The position numbers were made by a program, and so were the translations under genes. Below, in pieces: positions 18,978 to 26,599 of a stretch of DNA of 64,000 bases (its first letter is position 1; each line of letters starts with the position of its first letter). The DNA comes from Gammaproteobacteria bacterium. Lineage in GTDB: Bacteria; Pseudomonadota; Gammaproteobacteria; UBA9214. The notes beneath the pieces were generated by a model. The model ran no database searches. It saw nothing but the letters and a program-made list of their open reading frames with translations, and was not told the origin of the DNA. The stretch lies in assembly GCA_029860045.1 (NCBI GenBank), contig JAOUBY010000003.1, positions 65-64,064 of the forward strand. Direction: 5' to 3'.

Positions 18978-20261
18978 TTACGCCTTCAGGGTGGTGGTCC
19001 GGCGGCGGCGGACGCCGTTCAGGCCCATGAGACCCATGCCCATGCCCAGCAGGGCGATCGTACCCGGCTCCGGAACCCGCGTGATGCGGAAGGCCTGGTT
19101 GGCATCGGTCTGGAAGATGACATCTTCGCCAGTTAATGGCAAGAAGCACTCCTCCACAGTTCCGCCAGCAACTAGGCAATCATTGAAAGCCTGATTGGTG
19201 GCAGGATCGCCACCATTAAGAAAGTCCTGGGCGGTGAGCACTGTGCCATCAGTCAGAACGATGGTGTCCAGGTCGGCGAAGGTAATTTCCCCTTCCTGCA
19301 GGCAGACCAGGTCGGCACTGCTTGCGCCCGCCGTGTTGTCATAGCAGAACGACGGATTGGTCTCGTTGAAGGGAATCACGTTCTCGGTGCTGAACGTCGT
19401 ATCAAAGAATATCGAAGCAAGCAGATCCTTGAAGAAGGCAAAATCCTGGAAGGCCACTTCCGCCTCGAGGTCGGTGGCGCCCTCACCAGTCACGGTGAAA
19501 GTGATGTCACCGGCCGCTGGCTCGCCTGCCCAGTTGTCGACGCCAAAGGAGTCCAGCAGGGCTGGGTCTAAGATCTGATCGCCGGTGGTGAACAACCCGT
19601 TCCCGTCCAAGTCGACAAAGGTGTACTGAGTGCTCGTAAAATTACCCGAGATATCACCCAGCTGCGAGGAGCTCATGATCAACTGCCCATCGTCAAAGCC
19701 GGTTCCACTCAGGATGTCGGACTTTTGACCTGAGGCATCCCCCAGGTCGTCGTAGTAGAGCTCGAAGAAGATATCCTCCGAAGCGAGGGAGAACGTCTGA
19801 GTGCCTCCAATTTCATATATATCGTTACCGCTACCATCCGTCCCAATAAGAGTGCTGCTGAATGAGGCATCCGTAACCAATTCTGTGCCACCGAAGACAT
19901 AGGTCCATTCCCACAAATTGTTGATGCCAAGGGGGCTACTCGGGTTGCCACCTGCATCGGCATAGCCCTGCAATGCGGCTTGGCTATAGACTTCGAAGCT
20001 GCAATTGGTACCATTCAGGGTGGGGCCAGAAGCACCACAATCACCGCCGCTTGTAATAAAGTCTTCACCGGCCGTCATGGAACCTATCGTCAGGCTGGAC
20101 CCCACCGCCCAGTCAAGGGAGCCGACCTCTTCGTTACCAGTCAGACCGTCGCTACCGGTGAAGTCGATCGTGACTGTATCGGTGGGTTCACCTAACGCCA
20201 GCGCGGAGGTGCTCGCGAGGGCCATTGATACTCCCACGGCCACAAAGGAAATTTTATTCAT
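18978..20261 (-). CDS. PEP-CTERM sorting domain surface protein (exosortase substrate; resembles the flocculation-associated PepA type)
   Basis: Signal peptide; acidic Thr/Ser/Gly-rich body; C-terminal VPEPGTIALLGMGMGLMGL-NGVRRRR (motif, TM, basic tail). Confidence 0.95.
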   Translation of the reverse strand: MNKISFVAVGVSMALASTSALALGEPTDTVTIDFTGSDGLTGNEEVGSLDWAVGSSLTIGSMTAGEDFITSGGDCGASGPTLNGTNCSFEVYSQAALQGYADAGGNPSSPLGINNLWEWTYVFGGTELVTDASFSSTLIGTDGSGNDIYEIGGTQTFSLASEDIFFELYYDDLGDASGQKSDILSGTGFDDGQLIMSSSQLGDISGNFTSTQYTFVDLDGNGLFTTGDQILDPALLDSFGVDNWAGEPAAGDITFTVTGEGATDLEAEVAFQDFAFFKDLLASIFFDTTFSTENVIPFNETNPSFCYDNTAGASSADLVCLQEGEITFADLDTIVLTDGTVLTAQDFLNGGDPATNQAFNDCLVAGGTVEECFLPLTGEDVIFQTDANQAFRITRVPEPGTIALLGMGMGLMGLNGVRRRRTTTLKA

Positions 20262-20341
20262 TGTCCTTACTCCTTAAAATGTCAGTGCCAGCTTGCATTT
20301 GCTTGTTTGTGTCTGGCGGATTCATGTCTCGCATGTTAATA

Positions 20342-20357
20342 AGCACGACTCGTGCCA
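20342..20357 (-). promoter_or_regulatory. Sigma-54 promoter of the PEP-CTERM gene
   Basis: Minus strand TGGCAC-GAGTC-GTGCT with correct GG/GC spacing, 80 bp upstream of the ATG. Confidence 0.8.
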
Positions 20358-20431
20358 GCCTTGTAAATAGCAATAAAAACAGGTGGATGTAAACCGGTAT
20401 CCGGACTGCACAGTATGCTAAGGACGGTAGT

Positions 20432-20448
20432 TGTAAATAATCATGACA
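20432..20448. promoter_or_regulatory. TGT-N11-ACA enhancer (PEP-CTERM box, putative PrsR site)
   Basis: TGTAAATAATCATGACA, about 75 bp upstream of the sigma-54 site. Confidence 0.75.
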
Positions 20449-20667
20449 GATGTGCCTGTGAAACGCTTCGCAGGCTACACCACAGGGAATCATCCAGGTG
20501 TCGTTGTCACCAGCCGCTACCGAAAACAGCAGATCTGGTGATCGATCATGTCTGATTGGAAACAGGGATATTACATAACTATCAGAAAATAAAGGGAATT
20601 ACATGGTTTGCCGAGGCTGGTTGCAGCAGGAGACCGAAGAGTGTCGCTCCTCACGACGCCTTCGGAG

Positions 20668-20684
20668 TGTATAAAAAATTGACA
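20668..20684. promoter_or_regulatory. Second, distal TGT-N11-ACA box
   Basis: TGTATAAAAAATTGACA; same TGACA end and orientation as the boxes at 3368 and 20432. Confidence 0.5.
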
Positions 20685-21041
20685 TAATCGAGGGAGGTCG
20701 GCCATGCCGCATGGGGTCACAGGGAGTTACCGCAGCGTATTTTGCTTTAGAGCCCGTATATTGTCTCCCCCCCCTCTCTCTCCCCTGGCCGTTACCCGAA
20801 GCCACAGGCTAAAGCCGGTGGAGTATTCACATAAATCAAAGTCGGGAGTCCCGGTTGGCTTCCAGCCAGCTTGCCAGGCTGGAAATTATTCGGTACGTTG
20901 CCGTACGGGGCAGTGCCGCTGTTCGTGTCGTGGGCGGAAGCGCGGCTGTAATCAATATTGACGATTTTCCGCCGCCGGGGCGTCATGCCACCATCGCGGC
21001 CGCATCCGGGCGAACCGCAGAGAGAGGAGGGACCTCAGCGC

Positions 21042-21755
21042 ATGAATCGCACCCCGGGCCGTGAGTATTTCCTCTTCGATACGCTGTTCAACCTGGTAGA
21101 ACTCGGCCTCTATGCCCTGAGCCTCGCGGGGCCGGTGGCACTGCTCTGGGAACTGCGGGGGGCGGGCTTGCCGTGGCTGGTGCTGCTGGCCGTACTCCTG
21201 TGGCCGTTGGCGGGTGTTGTTTTCGGCGCCCTGCTGGTGATTCTTGCGCGGGCGCTGGTCTGGCGATGGCCCCGCGGACGGATGCTGCTGACCAGCCGCC
21301 GGGCCATCGCCTGGTTCGTGCTCGACCGGTTCATGAAGATGATGTATCGGAGCCCGTTTCGCGTGCTACTGGAGGCGAACAACCTGCTGCGCCTGCTGTT
21401 CTACCGGGGCATGGGTGCTGGGCTGGACTGGACCTTCATGGCAGGTCAGGGCGTCAAACTCACCGAACCCTGGCTGGTCAGGCTGGGGCGTAATGTGCTT
21501 TTGGGCGATGGTGCCCACCTTGCCGCCCACAAGGTCGAGGGCAATGTCGTGACGCTGGATGAAATCGAGATCGGTGATGGCACGGTCATTGGCGCCGGGG
21601 CCATTATCTTTCCCGGATGCCGTATAGGCAACAACGTGACGGTGGGCGCCAGGTCGACGGTGAGTCGGGGGACGGTGATACCGGATGGAGAAACCTGGGT
21701 CGGCATCCCGGCGCGGAAACTCGACTACTTCTCTCGTTCTAAATCGCAGGGGTAG
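21042..21755 (+). CDS. Membrane-anchored hexapeptide-repeat (left-handed beta-helix) acyltransferase
   Basis: GAGGAGG RBS, two TMs, repeats IEIGDGTVIGAGAIIFPGCRIGNNVTVGARSTV, C-terminal WVGIPARK. Confidence 0.85.
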   Translation: MNRTPGREYFLFDTLFNLVELGLYALSLAGPVALLWELRGAGLPWLVLLAVLLWPLAGVVFGALLVILARALVWRWPRGRMLLTSRRAIAWFVLDRFMKMMYRSPFRVLLEANNLLRLLFYRGMGAGLDWTFMAGQGVKLTEPWLVRLGRNVLLGDGAHLAAHKVEGNVVTLDEIEIGDGTVIGAGAIIFPGCRIGNNVTVGARSTVSRGTVIPDGETWVGIPARKLDYFSRSKSQG

Positions 21756-22015
21756 GGTATTCATATTGATCCACCTGACCTTCTGTAACCTGCCGTACCC
21801 TGGTGTCAGGATGAGTATTGCCCTGTCGTCTATCTTCTATACTATCTACCTGTTTGATTGCGTTGATTGTGTGGGCTGCAAGCTGTTTAATAATTCGTTT
21901 TGACGGATGCGGTTCTGTCGGGTGTCATGGTTAGGATGTCGTTCATTGTGAATCTCCTCACGGTATTACCTCCAGTCTGCAAACAACCGGCTCCACTGAT
22001 TTCAGCGCCGCGTCA

Positions 22016-23239
22016 ATGTCAATGATTGTTCTGGCGCTGCGCAATCTGTTTCGGCATTGGAAACGGACGGCCATTGCCCTGGCCGCCATTGGTTTTGGCG
22101 TGATTGCCCTGTTGCTTGCAGGCGGGTTCATCGATTGGATCTTCTGGGGTATGCGGGAGGGGGCTATCCAGTCACGCCTCGGCCATATACAGATCACCCG
22201 CCCCGGCTATTTTGAAACTGGAAGTGCGGATCCTTTTGCGTACCTGCTACCCGATCAGCTAAACGAAGAGGAAATTATCGGGTTGCGGCCCGAGATTCGA
22301 GTAATTACACCACGCTTGGCATTCAACGGCCTGATCAGCCATGGCGATGTCACGATTGGATTTTCCGGCGAAGGTGTGGATCCCGAAAAAGAGGCATCCG
22401 TCAGTCAGCATTTAATCATCACAAAGGGTGAGAACCTTGGCCCGGATGATCCGACAGGCCTGTTGCTGGGTGCCGGGTTGGCTGACAACCTTGGTGTAAC
22501 CGTGGGGGATAGTGTGGTCCTGCTGGCGAATACGGCATCCGGCGGGTTAAGTGGTGTTGAAGGGCCGGTGCGTGGCTTGTTCCAGAGTGCATCGAAGGCA
22601 TTTGATGACGCCGCGTTGCGGGTGCCGGTTGATACTGCCAGAAGCCTGTTGCGGGTCTCCAGTGCCCATAGCTGGGTACTGTTACTGGATGAAACCGAAA
22701 AAACAGATGAGGTTCTGCTGTATCTGCAGGAACGCTTCCCGGTATCGGAAAGCGGTTTGCAGTTCACTCCCTGGTACGCACTGGCCGATTTCTATAACAA
22801 GACAGTTGCCTTGCTCTCCCGGCAAATGAGCGTGGTCCAGCTGATCATCGCCCTCATTATTGTACTCAGTATCTCCAATACCCTGGTGATGAGCGTGCTT
22901 GAAAGAACCGGCGAGACGGGGACGTTGATGGCCATCGGAGTCAGGCGTCGAAGAATATTGCATATGTTTGTTACTGAAGGTCTGTTATTGGGAGTGATAG
23001 GTGGTTTGGGTGGGGTTGCCGTGGGAGGCTTGTTGGCCATGGTCATATCAGCTGTCGGCATCCCGATGCCACCCCCGCCCGGTATGGATGTGGGCTTTAG
23101 CGGGAAGATCCTGCTTAGTTGGCCACTGATTGCCGGAGTGATGGCGCTTGCCATTGGAACAACATTATTGGCGAGCCTCTACCCGGCCTGGAAGGCTTCG
23201 CGCCTGGAGATTGTAAATGCGTTGCGCCATAACCGATAA
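22016..23239 (+). CDS. ABC transporter permease, LolC/E-FtsX/MacB type
   Basis: LALRNLFRH..RT N-terminus, large periplasmic domain, SVLERTGETGTLMAIG, YPAWKASRL. Confidence 0.92.
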   Translation: MSMIVLALRNLFRHWKRTAIALAAIGFGVIALLLAGGFIDWIFWGMREGAIQSRLGHIQITRPGYFETGSADPFAYLLPDQLNEEEIIGLRPEIRVITPRLAFNGLISHGDVTIGFSGEGVDPEKEASVSQHLIITKGENLGPDDPTGLLLGAGLADNLGVTVGDSVVLLANTASGGLSGVEGPVRGLFQSASKAFDDAALRVPVDTARSLLRVSSAHSWVLLLDETEKTDEVLLYLQERFPVSESGLQFTPWYALADFYNKTVALLSRQMSVVQLIIALIIVLSISNTLVMSVLERTGETGTLMAIGVRRRRILHMFVTEGLLLGVIGGLGGVAVGGLLAMVISAVGIPMPPPPGMDVGFSGKILLSWPLIAGVMALAIGTTLLASLYPAWKASRLEIVNALRHNR

Positions 23240-23298
23240 ATCTAACTACGGGACGACATTATGATTTCAGTCCATATTATGAGTGTCAGTTAATTACC

Positions 23299-24510
23299 AT
23301 GTTTCTGCTGGCATTCCGCAGTATTTTCCGTCACAAGGTAAGAACCGGTTTGACCCTTGCCGCTATTATCTTCGGTGTGGGCAGCCTGGTTCTCATCGGC
23401 GGTTTTGTTGAGGACATTTTTATTCAGTTGCAAGAGGCAACAGTTCATTCGCAGCTCGGCCACATTCAGGTCTATCGTTCAGGTTATACAAAGCTGGGGC
23501 GACGCAACCCTTACGGGTATCTGATTGATAAGCCGGAGCAGATATTGGAGTCTGCCGCTGATTTACCCCAGGTGTCAGATCAACTCCTGCGGGTGAAATT
23601 CGCAGGTCTGGCGAATAATGGTCGTGCGGACCTGCCAGTGATAGGGGAAGCTGTCCAGCCTGACAAGGAGGCGCGACTCGGAAGCGCGATGACTATCACC
23701 AGTGGCAGGCAGCTTACCGGTAATGACCCCCACGGTATTCTTGTCGGTCAGGGGGTGGCGGATGCCTTGCAACTCGAGCCGGGTGATTATCTTACCTTGC
23801 TTGTCAACACAACCGACGGTGTACTTAATAGTCATGAGTTCGAGGTGATTGGTATATTCCGGACTTTTGCCCGTGATTATGACAACCGTGCTGTTCGCAT
23901 TTCACTGGTTTCCGGACAGGACCTGATTGGGACCAGTGGAGTGCACAGCGTCGTGCTGTCACTTGACACCACTGAAGCCACGGACTCTGTGGCAAGGGCC
24001 CTGCAACAACAACTCACCCCGCAGGACTATGAAGTAAGAACATGGTATGAGCTTTCCGATTTTTACGGCAAGACAGTTAATCTTTACCGCAGGCAATTTA
24101 CCGTCCTGCAGCTCATCATCCTGTTGATGGTCCTGTTAACCGTGGCAAACAGCGTGAACATGGCGATCTACGAGCGTATCGGGGAATTTGGCACCCTGAA
24201 GGCCCTGGGCGACAGGCAGCGGGATATCTTCCGGCAGGTCATGAAGGAAAATATGCTGCTGGGTCTGCTTGGTGCGGGTTTGGGAGTGGCTATCGGTGTC
24301 GCACTGGCATGGGCGATATCCGGGGTCGGGATAGACATGCCGCCACCGCCGAATTCCGATGTGGGTTATACCGCCTACATTCGCCTGGTTCCCGGGGTGA
24401 TTGCTATGGCCTTCGGGGTTGGCGTTATTGCGACGGTGTGTGCTGCACTGTTACCCGCCTGGCGTGTCTCGCGACTGCCCGTGGCCGAGGCCTTGCGGGA
24501 GAATGTGTGA
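23299..24510 (+). CDS. Second LolC/E-type ABC permease (paralog)
   Basis: Same architecture; IYERIGEFGTLKALG, GIDMPPPP, LPAWRVSRL. Confidence 0.92.
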   Translation: MFLLAFRSIFRHKVRTGLTLAAIIFGVGSLVLIGGFVEDIFIQLQEATVHSQLGHIQVYRSGYTKLGRRNPYGYLIDKPEQILESAADLPQVSDQLLRVKFAGLANNGRADLPVIGEAVQPDKEARLGSAMTITSGRQLTGNDPHGILVGQGVADALQLEPGDYLTLLVNTTDGVLNSHEFEVIGIFRTFARDYDNRAVRISLVSGQDLIGTSGVHSVVLSLDTTEATDSVARALQQQLTPQDYEVRTWYELSDFYGKTVNLYRRQFTVLQLIILLMVLLTVANSVNMAIYERIGEFGTLKALGDRQRDIFRQVMKENMLLGLLGAGLGVAIGVALAWAISGVGIDMPPPPNSDVGYTAYIRLVPGVIAMAFGVGVIATVCAALLPAWRVSRLPVAEALRENV

Positions 24511-24523
24511 GGTCCGAAGGGCG

Positions 24524-25378
24524 CTATCTCGCTAGTTTTTTCAGATAATTCTTGGTAAAGGTCTTGTCCGGCAGCTTGCGCAAGCGCATGCCGCTGTAGT
24601 CCATGACGGAACGGCCTTCCTTGTGCAGGGCATCTTCCATAATGAGTTGGGTCGGACGTATCGTGTTGCCAAAATTCTGGTAGGCCCGGAAGTGGCAGGT
24701 TTTTATCAGCCGGTTGGACAGGGTAAAAAACTCAGCCTTGAAGGGTCTGTAATTGGCCTGATTGACCCAGTAAAGCACGCGGTGGTATGTCACACCTCTG
24801 CGCGACGCCTTCAGTTCGAGTAAGTAATAGTTTTCTTTTCCGATAGTCTCGGTACGCAGCAGGGTGGGTTCATAGTCGCCGGTAAAGTTGGCACGCGCGA
24901 GGTCGCCATTGGCCACTTCGCCGGTGAGCTTTTGTGACAGGGGCAGGCGTACCGGCTGGGACAGGTTGGGGAGGAATGCCCACAGGTCATGATCGCGCAT
25001 GAGTAGAATGGTGCCCTTGTCGATGGCGGGCGCCGTGGTCATCAACAGGGTTCTGTCATTGCCTTTGGACAGTACCCGGTATTGCTTGACCTCGGGGTCG
25101 CGATCGGGCCCGGTGGTGGTGACCTTGATATCGACCTGGAACCCTTCTGCGGGGAAGCGGATCCGGTCCGCCTTTTCCACGATCTGTTGCGGGGTGAACT
25201 TTGCTGCTTTGGCCGCAAATACATGTGATGTCTGCCCGGATAAATTCCAGCACAATACAATTAACACGGCGGCTGCAATCCGCCCGTATCCTGGTAAAGA
25301 GCCTGGCTTGCCAGGCGTAGAGTGTGATTTTCCTGTCACTGTGGGTATCCGTAAAATGGTCAGGCTTGTGTTGCGCAA
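24524..25378 (-). CDS. Outer membrane lipoprotein-sorting protein (LolA-like fold)
   Basis: Signal-like hydrophobic stretch; DKGTILLMRDHDLWAFLP..PVRL, GEVANGDLAR, YHRVLYWV, IRPT..MED, FTKNYL pattern typical of this family; adjacent to Lol-like ABC genes. Start codon uncertain. Confidence 0.85.
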   Translation of the reverse strand: MRNTSLTILRIPTVTGKSHSTPGKPGSLPGYGRIAAAVLIVLCWNLSGQTSHVFAAKAAKFTPQQIVEKADRIRFPAEGFQVDIKVTTTGPDRDPEVKQYRVLSKGNDRTLLMTTAPAIDKGTILLMRDHDLWAFLPNLSQPVRLPLSQKLTGEVANGDLARANFTGDYEPTLLRTETIGKENYYLLELKASRRGVTYHRVLYWVNQANYRPFKAEFFTLSNRLIKTCHFRAYQNFGNTIRPTQLIMEDALHKEGRSVMDYSGMRLRKLPDKTFTKNYLKKLAR

Positions 25379-25804
25379 TAGTATACCTATAGTCCTTTCT
25401 GCCAGAATAAAGTTTCACGCAGAAAGCTGTTCCATTACGACCATCAGAAGACCGACATAATTTTGACCACACCGGAACGCGCTGTGGCCAAGAGAACCGG
25501 TATCCCTTCCTGCGGCTTTTATTGCTTGGTTGTGCGTGTCCCATTGCGCGGCACGGATATTTTATTAGCTTGAAGTTACAGCTGCCCGGGATGGGTATTC
25601 GCCTGCTGGCGTGAAGGTTGGGGTAATATAGCTTCCGGTGTGAATACGGGCATATTTTCATCCATTACACATCTGTTCCGGATGCCAATTATGTGTATTA
25701 TGCTGGACCTCACAGTTACATCTTCCCAAACAGGTTTTAATCAACACAAGTTATTTCAGTATGCATACTGCAGGTGAATCTATCAGTGCATTCAAAGGGC
25801 GACG

Positions 25805-26485
25805 ATGCTGAGTGACTTCCTGGTAAGTGTTAAGAAGGTCTCCAAGGAATATGCCTTCGGCAAACAGAAAGTACAGGCGCTCAGGGAGGTCTCCCTGGCC
25901 GTGCTCGGTGGCGAGTTTCTGGCGATTGCAGGGCCCTCCGGCAGCGGTAAGTCGACCCTTCTGAATCTGATCGGCTGTATTGATACGCCAACAACCGGCT
26001 CTATTTCTATAGAGAATCAGGAAACCGTTAACCAGACGCCCGACCAGTTGGCAGACCTGCGTGCCCGAAAAATCGGCTTCATATTCCAGACGTTCAATCT
26101 GTTACCGGTACTTTCCGCGTTTGAAAACGTGGAATACCCGCTGCTTCGCCTTAAACTGGACAAGACAGAACGGCATCAGCGCGTGTCTCAATATCTTGAA
26201 CTCGTCGGGGTGAACGAGTTTGCAACACACCGGCCTAACCAGCTAAGTGGCGGTCAGCGACAGAGAGTCGCCATAGCCAGGGCATTGATTGCCCAACCCA
26301 GTATTGTCCTGGCCGACGAACCAACGGCCAACCTCGATCACAGGACGGGCGAGGGTATCCTCGACCTGATGTCGCGTATCAACCGGGACAATGGCACGAC
26401 CTTTATCTTTTCCACACATGACGCCCGGGTGATCGAGATGGCCGGCCGGGTGGTCAGGCTAAGCGATGGTGAAATTGTTCAGTAA
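25805..26485 (+). CDS. ABC transporter ATP-binding protein, LolD-like
   Basis: GPSGSGKST, GFIFQTFNL, LSGGQRQRVAIARAL, LADEPTANLD, STHD. Confidence 0.95.
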   Translation: MLSDFLVSVKKVSKEYAFGKQKVQALREVSLAVLGGEFLAIAGPSGSGKSTLLNLIGCIDTPTTGSISIENQETVNQTPDQLADLRARKIGFIFQTFNLLPVLSAFENVEYPLLRLKLDKTERHQRVSQYLELVGVNEFATHRPNQLSGGQRQRVAIARALIAQPSIVLADEPTANLDHRTGEGILDLMSRINRDNGTTFIFSTHDARVIEMAGRVVRLSDGEIVQ

Positions 26486-26502
26486 TATTGTGCAGATGTC
26501 AG

Positions 26503-26536
26503 GAGATTGCTTCGTCGCTTTGCTCCTCGCAATGAC
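26503..26536. repeat. Half-copy of a REP/RPE-like palindromic element
   Basis: GAGATTGCTTCGTCGCTTTGCTCCTCGCAATGAC (reverse GTCATTGCGAGGAGC..GCGACGAAGCAATCTC), recognised from memory as a widespread intergenic repeat; sits between convergent genes. Confidence 0.6.
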
Positions 26537-26599
26537 CGGAATAACCGGGAGCCTGTAACGGATAGCTGCATCCGCATGCGCGGCCTTTGAATTACTGCT

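Noticed and set aside
20254..21064. Short ORFs in the intergenic region (also at 28804..29043, 32799..33062 and 61796..62005)
   Set aside because: No convincing RBS, coding-like composition or motifs; two of these regions are occupied by regulatory sites.
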